Below are positions 27,883 through 36,629 of a stretch of 38,647 nucleotides of DNA, in pieces. The stretch lies in IMG/VR virus record IMGVR_UViG_2711768064_000004, one strand, 5' to 3'. The notes beneath the pieces are model-generated. The model had not been told where the DNA came from. It did not search any database and worked only from the letters and a program-made list of their open reading frames with translations. The DNA comes from a virus. Taxonomy: Duplodnaviria; Heunggongvirae; Uroviricota; Caudoviricetes. Every line of letters starts with the position of its first letter. Positions within the stretch are counted from its first letter, which is position 1. A program made the position numbers and the translations under genes.

Positions 27883-28943
27883 TTCGGCTCCCAAGAAATA
27901 ACTTCTGCAGAAAAGAATTCTTTTACTGTAGACACAACTTTAACGTCTAAATCTTCAAGCCTCTTTTTAGCTTCTTCATCTAATCCATACTCATGTGCAT
28001 ATTTTTCAACTCCCCGTTGAAAATGTGAGAGAATCCTCTCATCTTTTTCTCGATATGCCAGCCTTATCCTAATTTTATTTATACCATCAAGAATTTGATA
28101 ATTTGACAAAATATCCAACAAATAAAAGAATTCATTGTCGCTATTACCTTTTTTGTTGTAATACACAACAAACCCTTCTGGATAAACTTCCTCCTCAATA
28201 CCTTTAGCTCTGTTAAATTTATAAACAGCACCATGTTTGATTATCATGAAAGGTGATGACAAGACTTCTATAGTAGCTGGAAGATATTTTTCAGTCACAG
28301 CAACCTTATGAAAAGTCAATTGAGGGTAATAGAATCCATAGTCTTCATCAGGAAACTCTTTCTTAGCAATCAAATCATTCATATCATTCGTTATTGCCAA
28401 CATATAATTAATCAGAAACGGATCGATTATATGAATTTGCTGACCTGCTGATAAAGGAATCTTTTCTAAGTTGACAGCCTTATCTCTTCTTCCTTTAGCG
28501 GGTTTAGGAGGATTAAAAAAATCATAAAAATCATGCTGCAACTGATTATCATGATTAAAAACAAATAATAAACCGCGAACTTCACAGTCAATTTGAGAAA
28601 AATTATATTTTTCTGACCACTCAGGACTATAGCGAGCACATTCAATAGTTTTTGCTAATGACTCCAATGCAGATTCTATTTTAGAAGCATTTATTGAGCC
28701 TGCTTTATAACTTTTTAAATCAGTATTTAAATAAATGACTTTGTTTAAATATGGGTCTTTATAACTAAATACAACATCTACAGGATGCGTGTGCTTCTGC
28801 TTCTTACCTTCAGGCTTATGTTTAGCCTCATCATCACAAAGGAAATCTCGGTCGCAGGGGCCATGCTGCTGCCACTTAAATCGACTCAGTAGATCCTCAG
28901 ATATGCGTTTCGCCAAATCTTCAATAGGGCCGTTCTCTGCCAT
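27879..28943 (-). CDS. hypothetical protein, first gene of cargo operon; weak PD-(D/E)xK-like pattern
   Basis: 354-aa ORF with AAGGAA SD; N-terminal region has E...HPVD-x17-DLK spacing compatible with, but not proving, a restriction-endonuclease-like fold. Confidence 0.7.
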   Translation of the reverse strand: MAENGPIEDLAKRISEDLLSRFKWQQHGPCDRDFLCDDEAKHKPEGKKQKHTHPVDVVFSYKDPYLNKVIYLNTDLKSYKAGSINASKIESALESLAKTIECARYSPEWSEKYNFSQIDCEVRGLLFVFNHDNQLQHDFYDFFNPPKPAKGRRDKAVNLEKIPLSAGQQIHIIDPFLINYMLAITNDMNDLIAKKEFPDEDYGFYYPQLTFHKVAVTEKYLPATIEVLSSPFMIIKHGAVYKFNRAKGIEEEVYPEGFVVYYNKKGNSDNEFFYLLDILSNYQILDGINKIRIRLAYREKDERILSHFQRGVEKYAHEYGLDEEAKKRLEDLDVKVVSTVKEFFSAEVISWEPK

Positions 28944-29044
28944 TTGATTTCCTTACTTTTTTGCAGACAATTCTAATTGAAAGATAAAGGTAAGCTTTTT
29001 TGCTTGCAAGGACTTTGGACCTAACGTGAGACGCTGAGCGCGCG

Positions 29045-29063
29045 CTCGTATCCCCGCCACGCC
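29045..29063. other. candidate cos (cohesive-end) site of the prophage
   Basis: Minus-strand reading GGCGTGGCGGGGATACGAG matches the first 13 nt of the 186/P2-type 19-nt cohesive end as recalled (GGCGTGGCGGGGA...); located in a GC-rich island between Q-side and A-side cargo, where cos sits in P2-family prophages. Confidence 0.55.
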
Positions 29064-29334
29064 TGCCCGCTTTATATAGTGGTTTTCATGCACCTGCATG
29101 ACATAAGCAAAAGCCCGCCATACCTAGCAGGCCCCAACTAGAGCGATCCTTAAACGATCATGCGGATTCATGCAGTATAGACATGCAGTAGTTACGCCAA
29201 ACCGTGTAGCGAGGCCACCTGCTAAAAATGTTCACGGAGTAACATTTGATCTCCACTGCAAAAAATGAAACTTTCGCTTTCACCAAATATAACAAGAGGT
29301 AATCTTTGGTGTTTTACACAGCAAACGGTGAGCC

Positions 29335-29916
29335 ATGAAAGTCAACATAAAACAGATTGTTGGAAATTGGGAATTAGGTCTTGCGATGGATAAACACAGC
29401 ATCCGCAGCATTCCCATTGGTTACGATGAGTGGGGACATATGCGGTTTGAGACGGAGCGTACTGAGGTAGGCGAATCTCTTTTCCAGCTTAAATACCGTG
29501 ACGATTGGTCACAAGTTAAGCCTTTAGCCCAATGCCTAGCAGAGCATGCCTTTCCTCATTTCAGCAATGTCGGGTTTATCGTTCCAATGGCTGCATCTAA
29601 TCAGCGTGCACGCCAGCCAGTGACCGAAATAGCTCAGGAACTAGCCAAACTAGTTGGCAAACCATGCTTCGATGACCTCTTGTTGAAAGCCCCCGGCGGG
29701 GCATCGCTAAAGAACCTGAATACAAAAGAAGAGAAAATCACGGCGCTGGGTAATTCGTTCTCTGTTAATGACAGTATTGAGAATAATGGCAACTGGAATG
29801 TCCTTATCATTGACGACCTCTACCATACAGGCGCATCTATGGAGGCTGCTTGTGCTGTGCTAAACGATTATACTAAGGTTAGAAGCATTTATGTTGCAGC
29901 TTTGACTTGGAGATAG
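29335..29916 (+). CDS. phosphoribosyltransferase (PRTase)-like domain protein
   Basis: 193 aa; C-terminal VLIIDDLYHTGASMEAA matches the type I PRTase PRPP-binding signature; no zinc-finger cysteines (not ComF-like). Confidence 0.75.
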   Translation: MKVNIKQIVGNWELGLAMDKHSIRSIPIGYDEWGHMRFETERTEVGESLFQLKYRDDWSQVKPLAQCLAEHAFPHFSNVGFIVPMAASNQRARQPVTEIAQELAKLVGKPCFDDLLLKAPGGASLKNLNTKEEKITALGNSFSVNDSIENNGNWNVLIIDDLYHTGASMEAACAVLNDYTKVRSIYVAALTWR

Positions 29917-29918
29917 TG

Positions 29919-30476
29919 ATGACTACGGTATTTGTTGCTGGTTCAATAACCATCAAAAACCTTGACACACTCATCGTGGATCGTCTGAAAAAAATTGTTA
30001 ACTCGCGTTTTCGTATTGTAGTTGGTGATGCCAATGGTGTTGATTCATCTGTTCAACGCGTATTGCTAGAACTTGGATGTGAAAAAGCCACAGTATTCAG
30101 TAGCTCAGAAAAACCGCGCAATAATCTTGGCTCATGGCCTGTACATGTAGTAAGTACTAGCCATGCAGCCGGCACTCGCGCGTTTTTCACTGCGAAAGAT
30201 CTCAAAATGGCAGAAGAAGCCGATTATGGATTAATGGTTTGGGATACGAAGAGCACGGGTACTCTGAGTAACGTGATTGAGCTTCTTAAACGTAAAAAAT
30301 ACTCTGTCGTTTTTGTTAATAAATACAAAAAGTTCTTTATTATCAAATCTCCAGAGCACCTTGACGCTTTGATTAACTGCATGTCACCAGCCTCTTTGGA
30401 AAAAGCTGATGAAAAGATCAGATTGCGCGAAAAAATCAACCAACTAAAAAACGAGCAAATCCAGATGTTTATGTGA
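29919..30476 (+). CDS. SLOG-superfamily (DprA/Smf- or LOG-like Rossmann) domain protein
   Basis: Start at ATG 29919, 2 nt after the PRTase stop, GGAGA SD; motif VFVAGS...RIVVGDANGVDSSVQRVLLELG resembles the DprA/Smf Gly-rich nucleotide-binding loop. Family assignment from motif only. Confidence 0.6.
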   Translation: MTTVFVAGSITIKNLDTLIVDRLKKIVNSRFRIVVGDANGVDSSVQRVLLELGCEKATVFSSSEKPRNNLGSWPVHVVSTSHAAGTRAFFTAKDLKMAEEADYGLMVWDTKSTGTLSNVIELLKRKKYSVVFVNKYKKFFIIKSPEHLDALINCMSPASLEKADEKIRLREKINQLKNEQIQMFM

Positions 30477-30565
30477 AATTCTTTGATGATAACACTAACG
30501 CCTCGCCCTGCTCGTTGTTCAACCTTGCTGGCTTCAGAATCAAGTACTGATGCCAGCAACGTTTC

Positions 30566-30799
30566 TTAATGCAGCCAGCTGTCGTCTTCCCACACCTTCT
30601 GCATAATTTTCATCACTTGTTTTCTTTCTTCGTCCAGTTGCAGTCCGGTCAGTTCCACACCGTTAGAGCTACCTTTTCGGATACGAATTACCGTTTTGGG
30701 ATACAGGGGGCGCAGATTGCGGTAAAGCTCGGATTCAAGGGCGTCCAGGGTAGACTGGCTAATCTTCTGCTCTTTATCGATCATTATTTCAATGCGCAT
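30566..30799 (-). CDS. DinI-like protein (Tum C-terminal-domain-like)
   Basis: Start at MRIEIMIDKE with GAGGTGA SD; aligns with E. coli DinI (MRIEV...WE..DW) as recalled. Confidence 0.8.
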   Translation of the reverse strand: MRIEIMIDKEQKISQSTLDALESELYRNLRPLYPKTVIRIRKGSSNGVELTGLQLDEERKQVMKIMQKVWEDDSWLH

Positions 30800-30809
30800 A
30801 AAAGTCACC

Positions 30810-30998
30810 TCAACTGATGACATCCATTGAGCGGTTGTATTCGTGAGTTCTGATTTTTGCCATGAGTTCATCAGTCAATTCAGAAACCCACTGCAGGGCC
30901 AGCCCCTTCTCTTCATCACTACACTCACTAGCCGCTACAAGCTTAAGAAAAAAATCAATGCGCTGGAGCTTCAAAGACTCCAAAAAATAGTCCTGCAT
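30810..30998 (-). CDS. hypothetical small protein, first gene of SOS-regulated pair (possible Tum N-terminal-like antirepressor part)
   Basis: 62-aa ORF with AGGAGG SD 4 nt upstream; LexA box and promoter-like elements just upstream. Confidence 0.5.
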   Translation of the reverse strand: MQDYFLESLKLQRIDFFLKLVAASECSDEEKGLALQWVSELTDELMAKIRTHEYNRSMDVIS

Positions 30999-31040
30999 CT
31001 TTCCTCCTATGACACCAAAGCAATACTGTATACATAACCA

Positions 31041-31056
31041 CTGTTTATATTTACAG
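31041..31056. promoter_or_regulatory. LexA (SOS) box CTGTTTATATTTACAG
   Basis: Perfect CTGT-N8-ACAG with AT-rich centre, overlapping -35/-10-like hexamers upstream of the small ORF/DinI-like pair; analogous to the 186 tum promoter. Confidence 0.7.
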
Positions 31057-31150
31057 TATATAATAATCTTACTGATGTAAAACGTTTTTTTACGCTCATC
31101 AGCCTGATATGCCTGGTATTATTAAGAGCACGAATTGTTAACCCGCGTAA

Positions 31151-33565
31151 TTAATACAGGTTTCGCCACTTATCATCTTCCTGCAAACGCTGGTTCCGAT
31201 AGAAGATACGCAGGCCTGCTCCTGACGGAATACTGCCTCCGCGAAGCAGTAAATCGACCTCTTTCTCGCTGCCATCAAATCCCCTGGACTTCAGTTCATA
31301 CACGAGCTGCAGTCGCTGATGGTCTGTAATTCGCTGTTTGTAGTCTTTACGCCGTTTCGGTTTCACCAGGCGTAACCTTGCTGCCAGTTCCCGGCGCTCT
31401 TTTTTGCTCATACTGTGCAGGTAATCGTGCAACTCCTTGTCATCCATGCGGGTGATATCCGTTCTGGTATCTCCATCAGCTGATTTGTCTTTCCCTTGTT
31501 GGTACAAATTTTCAGCAAGGGGACAGTTATTGCCACGAGTCCAAGGGGCGCAAGCGCCCTGGTCGGCTGCCGCCTCCTGAACGTCAACGGCTTTACGAAC
31601 CATTTTCCACTTCACTGCATGAGTGCAGATCTTGCCCTCTGCAATGGGTGACCAGATGCCATAAATACGAATGCCGTGATCGCCATAGGCGGTCGGCTCT
31701 TCGTTGATTTCATAAGCGGTTCTGATGAGGTGATATTTACGGGGAACCAGTACGCCGCCCTGCTTCATGATGTAGGTGGCAAAACAACCAGCATCAGCAG
31801 CAGCCAGAATGGCATCAAGACGCGGGTTATCCAGTACCGGCGCACCTGCTTTTTTGTCACCCTGTTGCCTTGCCGCCTGACCAGCCAGCAAGCGAAGTTC
31901 ACGGTAAGCCTGACGCCCCGGAATACCAAAGAAGCGGAATTGCTGAACACGATGCAGAGACGCCCAGGCATTCACGTATTCAGCGTTATCACGCAGAGAT
32001 TTACCCGTTTCCTTGCTGATCTCGCCAGCCAGACCACGACCGTCAATGTTCTTACTGATATATTTCGCGATGTAGCTTGTCGGCGTTCCTTTGCGCGGGT
32101 TAATCAACTCAGACTTAAAGCGCGGCCCAGTGTTATTGCCCAGCTCCTCGCGGTCTTCACGGATGGCAAACTTACGCAGTAATGCAGTGATGGCACGGCG
32201 GTCTTTTTTGCGCATGAAACACAACAGGTGCCAGTGAACTGTGCCATCATGATGCGGCTCAGCCACCCGCACGCCATACCAGCGCAACCCGGCTTTGTGC
32301 ATCGCCTTACGAAATGCAGCAAACATGCCGACCAGATAATCGCTGCTTTGTCTTACCGTCGCGTTTGTCCAGGTCGGGTTTGGTCTGCCGTTATTTAGCG
32401 TGGAATGGAAACGCGACGGACAGGTGATAGTGTAGAAAACGGCGCAGTCACCGCGCATTTCCGCGATAAGCTCCAGACCTTTAACACAGGCCATCATCTC
32501 ATTGCGGCGATGCGCAGGGTTGCTGCTGCTGGCGTTTACCACATCCTCCATGTCCAGCGTGTCGCCGTCTTCGTTCACCAGTTCATGAGAACGGAAAAAC
32601 TCCAGCGACTTACGGCGCTGCTCACGTTTATGCATCACGGCTTCATAGCTGACATAAGGAGATGCTTTTTTGCTGACCAGGCAAACAGCGCGCAACTGCT
32701 CTTCCCGCCATTCGCAACGCATCTTCCATAATTTCCGGTACCACCAGTCGGCGCACAACATACGCGCCAGCGAACCCGGAATGAGTTCATAGGGCACGGG
32801 TTTACGGCGGTTTCTTTTCCGACGGAGTTGCTCAAACGCAGGTGGGATGACATCCAGACGCAGGGTTTCCGCTGCCACCTTTTCCCATGTCTTGCGGATT
32901 TCTTCTGGCTTAACGTCATCGGTGGCATACAAATCACCACAAGCTGCATCAAGGCACATACTCATATGCGCAGCTACCAGGGTGGACAGGCGTTTCACCT
33001 GATCCTGACTCATTTCAGGCAGGATCAGCAGGCCGTCCAGCCCTTCATGGCTTGCCATAAAGCGAAAAGATGCAGATAGCTGACTGTCGCGTACATGCTC
33101 CAGTCGTTCCAGACATGGCTTAATCGTCTCACGTAAATAGCGGGAATAAGCCTTTGGCCTGCCCAGGCTGCTGAAGTATTCAATACGTTGCATCAGCGGC
33201 TTGCTGATATGGGAAGGCTGGGCGTTGACGTCCGCCAGAATGACCATGTCTGAATTAAAACGCTGCTGCTCATGCGCCAGCTTTGCCCGGCTAATGAGCT
33301 TATCCTGCTCCATTTCGCGCTGGACAGGATCACGTGATTCATTAAAGAAATAACGCTCCCAGACCTGATCACTCAGTGCCTCGCGGCGCAACTGTTCCTG
33401 CTCGTTATCGGCAGCGTACAGAGTGATCAGGTTTGAAAGCGTAGAAACCGGCGCAACTTCCGCCGGGTCCAGATAAGGGTTAATGGCCTTTTTCGGGCTG
33501 TTCCATGAGAATGCTGCAGCAGCCTCGTTAAAGCCGCAGCAGTTGTTCATATCGGCATGACTCAT
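31151..33565 (-). CDS. A: replication initiation protein A (rolling-circle nickase)
   Basis: 804-aa ORF resembling P2 gpA (e.g. [14 protein letters not shown] block). Confidence 0.9.
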   Translation of the reverse strand: MSHADMNNCCGFNEAAAAFSWNSPKKAINPYLDPAEVAPVSTLSNLITLYAADNEQEQLRREALSDQVWERYFFNESRDPVQREMEQDKLISRAKLAHEQQRFNSDMVILADVNAQPSHISKPLMQRIEYFSSLGRPKAYSRYLRETIKPCLERLEHVRDSQLSASFRFMASHEGLDGLLILPEMSQDQVKRLSTLVAAHMSMCLDAACGDLYATDDVKPEEIRKTWEKVAAETLRLDVIPPAFEQLRRKRNRRKPVPYELIPGSLARMLCADWWYRKLWKMRCEWREEQLRAVCLVSKKASPYVSYEAVMHKREQRRKSLEFFRSHELVNEDGDTLDMEDVVNASSSNPAHRRNEMMACVKGLELIAEMRGDCAVFYTITCPSRFHSTLNNGRPNPTWTNATVRQSSDYLVGMFAAFRKAMHKAGLRWYGVRVAEPHHDGTVHWHLLCFMRKKDRRAITALLRKFAIREDREELGNNTGPRFKSELINPRKGTPTSYIAKYISKNIDGRGLAGEISKETGKSLRDNAEYVNAWASLHRVQQFRFFGIPGRQAYRELRLLAGQAARQQGDKKAGAPVLDNPRLDAILAAADAGCFATYIMKQGGVLVPRKYHLIRTAYEINEEPTAYGDHGIRIYGIWSPIAEGKICTHAVKWKMVRKAVDVQEAAADQGACAPWTRGNNCPLAENLYQQGKDKSADGDTRTDITRMDDKELHDYLHSMSKKERRELAARLRLVKPKRRKDYKQRITDHQRLQLVYELKSRGFDGSEKEVDLLLRGGSIPSGAGLRIFYRNQRLQEDDKWRNLY

Positions 33566-34419
33566 GCACGTACTCCGTACACGGCAGAACTATCCACGCC
33601 ACGCGAATAATCAAATCCCATCCAGCAGCGCGGCCCGGAAACAGCAATGATTTCTGTTGCTGATTTACCCTCGCCAGCTGCCACACCGATGCTGCGTTTT
33701 ACCTTGATATAGTGGTGAGTAAAATTGCGATACAGCGAACGGATCAGGGATGTGTCACTGTTAGAAACAATGACTGGATGTCCTTCTGATGACCGATGTT
33801 CAAGAACGGATGCCAGGTGATACTGGTCATCTTCAGTGAAACCATCAGTGTGATAGCCGGAAAACGTACCGTCATACGGCGGATCGCAATACACCACATC
33901 TCCCGCCTTCAACATCGCCAGCGTTTCATCAAAGCTGGCGCAGATAAACGTTGCTCGCTGGGCTTTTTCTGCAAATGTGCGAAGTTCTTTTTCAGGGAAA
34001 TACGGATTTTTATAATTACCGTAGGGGATGTTGAAATGCCCGCTCTTGTTATAGCGACATAAACCACGGTAACCGTGACGATTAAGATACAGGAAATATA
34101 CCGCTTTCATGAAATCAGTAATTTCAGTTGAGCAGTTAAACTCCTGCCTTATGTTGTAATAAGCCACCTCCCTGTTTGCGATCTCAAATAAAACTCTGGC
34201 GCGAGATATAAACGATTCACAATCAGCGGCAACCTTTTTATAGAGGTTGATTAAATCAGGATTAATATCCGCAACCAGATAGCTGGGATAATCCGTTTCC
34301 ATCATCACAGCACAGGAACCCGCGAAAGGTTCAACCAGTCGCGGGCCAGCAGGAAGGTATTTTTTCAGTTCTGGCATAATGGCGGTTTTATTTCCCGCCC
34401 ATTTCAGGATGGTGTTCAT
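33562..34419 (-). CDS. DNA adenine methyltransferase (Dam-like)
   Basis: Start at [11 protein letters not shown]; motif [10 protein letters not shown] and catalytic DPPY; ATGA overlaps with both the upstream TraR-like gene and downstream gene A. Confidence 0.85.
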   Translation of the reverse strand: MNTILKWAGNKTAIMPELKKYLPAGPRLVEPFAGSCAVMMETDYPSYLVADINPDLINLYKKVAADCESFISRARVLFEIANREVAYYNIRQEFNCSTEITDFMKAVYFLYLNRHGYRGLCRYNKSGHFNIPYGNYKNPYFPEKELRTFAEKAQRATFICASFDETLAMLKAGDVVYCDPPYDGTFSGYHTDGFTEDDQYHLASVLEHRSSEGHPVIVSNSDTSLIRSLYRNFTHHYIKVKRSIGVAAGEGKSATEIIAVSGPRCWMGFDYSRGVDSSAVYGVRA

Positions 34420-34643
34420 ACAGCACCTCCGTTGTAATGTTTGCCTTTCAGTTCTGCGATTTCCTGACAGGTAATGCAAAGCTGCACTCCCGGAATGGCG
34501 CGGCGTCGTGCTGGCGGAATTGGCGCTTCACATTCAATGCAAAGTACGCGTGACACGCCCGGTGATTTGGCACGGGCTGCACGGATATGGCGCTGGCGTT
34601 CTTCTTCAACGCGCTGCTGTACGAGATCCATTGCATCAGCCAT
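34416..34643 (-). CDS. TraR/DksA-family C4 zinc-finger protein
   Basis: 75 aa; C-x2-C-x17-C-x2-C. Confidence 0.75.
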   Translation of the reverse strand: MADAMDLVQQRVEEERQRHIRAARAKSPGVSRVLCIECEAPIPPARRRAIPGVQLCITCQEIAELKGKHYNGGAV

Positions 34644-34882
34644 TAGTGGATCTCCTGCGCTTCGTTCTGGATTGCTTCAGCAGTCACGCGCAGCAGTTCT
34701 GCCGCTTCCACGTGGTTTAGCTGGCGGGATGAGATATGACACGCCAGGCTATCAAGGCGAGCAGCCATTGCTTCAGCCCTTGCCCGGCGTTCTTCCAGAC
34801 GAGCCTCTGTCAGTAAAATATTAAGCCCTGCGTCATCCGGTCCGGTTTTAGTCGTGAGGGTTTCAATATTACGCATAATCAA
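34643..34882 (-). CDS. hypothetical phage early protein
   Basis: 79-aa ORF in operon context between cII and A. Confidence 0.5.
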   Translation of the reverse strand: MIMRNIETLTTKTGPDDAGLNILLTEARLEERRARAEAMAARLDSLACHISSRQLNHVEAAELLRVTAEAIQNEAQEIH

Positions 34883-34943
34883 TTCTCCTGAATCTAGATA
34901 AAGGGATGCCCGGCGGGTTTACGCCATTAATTTCATTAGTTGG

Positions 34944-35285
34944 TTAATTCGGCATGGTTAGCCGTCTGGGAAATAAGCTCACCACTGCACGAAAATGATT
35001 CATTGCTTTAATCAGCTCCCGCTTTTCGTCAGTGGTCAGCTCATTAATGCTGATGCTATGACGTTCAGCTGGAATTTTTGCCATAAAGAATATGGCAGCC
35101 AGTGCCCGTTTATTTTGTTCATTATTGATATCCCGTGGATCACGCATATCTTTAATAAACCGCTCAAGCTCTGACTCAATATTCAGGCCAAAAACTTTCG
35201 CCCTTAACTCTGCAATGTGATTAAGTCCATTCAGGCGTTCACCGGGGCTTAATGGAACAGTTGCTGCAGCGCCATTAATTGCCAT
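34944..35285 (-). CDS. hypothetical phage early protein
   Basis: 113-aa ORF in operon context. Confidence 0.5.
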   Translation of the reverse strand: MAINGAAATVPLSPGERLNGLNHIAELRAKVFGLNIESELERFIKDMRDPRDINNEQNKRALAAIFFMAKIPAERHSISINELTTDEKRELIKAMNHFRAVVSLFPRRLTMPN

Positions 35286-35307
35286 ACTTCATATCCCCCA
35301 AACGCAG

Positions 35308-35532
35308 CTATCGTTCTTTGTTCTTACGGTAACGCTCAAGAGGAGATACATTTTTTCGTATCGTCTCTTTAACCTGCTCTCCCCGTAAAAACGTCCCATC
35401 CTTTAACGTGAAAAAGTAACTGCCATCGCCCGACAATGACGGATAGCAACAGAGCAAATCATCTTCAGGTACTGAATAACTCTCCCCTCTGTAACGAAAC
35501 TGATAAACCACTTCACTTTCTGCCGCATACAT
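35308..35532 (-). CDS. hypothetical phage early protein
   Basis: 74-aa ORF with GGAG SD; an overlapping alternative frame (35403-35699) cannot be excluded. Confidence 0.4.
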   Translation of the reverse strand: MYAAESEVVYQFRYRGESYSVPEDDLLCCYPSLSGDGSYFFTLKDGTFLRGEQVKETIRKNVSPLERYRKNKER

Positions 35533-35706
35533 TTGGACTTTCTCCGTTTCCTCGTGGTCAATTCAGACAGCAATTCATCTTGTGAATGACATGGATGCCA
35601 GCGTTTTCCATCCTCACCCGTGATCCAGCCGTGACCGTAGTGCATTGCCGGGCTTTGTTTTACCAGCAGCGATGCAAATGATGGTTCTTTCGTCAGCATA
35701 AGCACC

Positions 35707-36216
35707 TCACAGCAAACCGAATGAAGCACCGAGGCCAGTCACGGTATCAACTGCACTCGCCATCGCAGGATTAGCCTGTAAACGGGCCTGCAATGAAACA
35801 GCAGCCAGCGCCATCAGTCGTGTTACAGAGTTAATGCTGCTGATAGCATCACGACGACCGGCACTAGTTTTTACATCACCAGATACCGCACCTGCTGCAA
35901 CACGCCCGATCTCTGCAGTTGCGCTCATGACGTAATGCGGCAGTTTCTCTTTTGCTACCTCATTAATCGGTACACATGGCAGACAATGAATCTGTGCCAG
36001 AAAACCATCTACCAACGTTGAATCTTCAGTCAGATCGGTAAGCAGCCAGATTTCTGGTGCGGTTAATAAATGAGGTTGAGCTGGGTTCAGCTTGTTCCGC
36101 AGAATCTGCACATTCATGCCCGCACGTTCTGCCAGTTGCACCAGATTGTGGCGCAGTGTGAATGCACGACAGGCTTCATCAAAATGTGGATGTTTGGAAA
36201 CTTGGTAATCAAACAT
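35707..36216 (-). CDS. cII: CII-like lysogeny establishment regulator (186 CII family)
   Basis: Start at [19 protein letters not shown], closely matching 186 CII as recalled. Confidence 0.8.
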   Translation of the reverse strand: MFDYQVSKHPHFDEACRAFTLRHNLVQLAERAGMNVQILRNKLNPAQPHLLTAPEIWLLTDLTEDSTLVDGFLAQIHCLPCVPINEVAKEKLPHYVMSATAEIGRVAAGAVSGDVKTSAGRRDAISSINSVTRLMALAAVSLQARLQANPAMASAVDTVTGLGASFGLL

Positions 36217-36280
36217 GGTTTTCAACTCCGAACTTATCGCAAAATCGAACTCAGCGTCTTATTGCGAAAATAGACGTCTA

Positions 36281-36484
36281 TTAAGCAGACAAAGCATCAA
36301 CAGTCAGAGCAGCCATGTTAATCATTACCTTTTCACGTTTTTTGTCTTTACGAAGACGATGACGAGGTAGTCGGCCATCAGCCAACATGTCGTTAATCGT
36401 ATCAATAGAAAGGCCAGTCAGTTCGCTATAACGTTCGATTGTGACATGTGGTGTATTCAGAGTAATTGAAATGTTAGGTGTCAT
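36281..36484 (-). CDS. apl: Apl/Cox-like excisionase and switch regulator
   Basis: 67-aa HTH protein, first gene of rightward (lytic) operon facing cI. Confidence 0.6.
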   Translation of the reverse strand: MTPNISITLNTPHVTIERYSELTGLSIDTINDMLADGRLPRHRLRKDKKREKVMINMAALTVDALSA

Positions 36485-36573
36485 AAGGCAACATTCCTTC
36501 TAGATATGGCTTGTGGCGAGCCGTTGTTTGTCGTGATTAGTAGTGAAGGCTCCAAAAGAACACTTCTGGTTCA

Positions 36574-36602
36574 ACTTTAAGATCGCTTTTGGAATCTGTC
36601 AA
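36574..36602 (-). promoter_or_regulatory. candidate lytic promoter pR (TTGACA-17-TAAAGT)
   Basis: Minus-strand -35 TTGACA (36602-36597) and -10 TAAAGT (36579-36574), oriented toward apl. Confidence 0.5.
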
Positions 36603-36629
36603 CGAATTTTGGATTTCTTTGGAGGACTT

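Noticed and set aside
30525-30559. Inverted repeat TTGCTGGC / GCCAGCAA between the SLOG-like gene and the DinI-like gene
   Set aside because: 8-bp stem but 19-nt loop and no T-run; too weak to call a terminator.
31676-32182. 168-aa plus-strand ORF
   Set aside because: Antisense inside replication gene A.
35403-35729. 108-aa minus-strand ORF overlapping the 74-aa ORF at 35308-35532 in another frame
   Set aside because: Overlaps the cII 3' end and the downstream ORF extensively; kept the 74-aa ORF because of its GGAG SD, but an internal start at 35699 cannot be excluded. Unresolved, low confidence.
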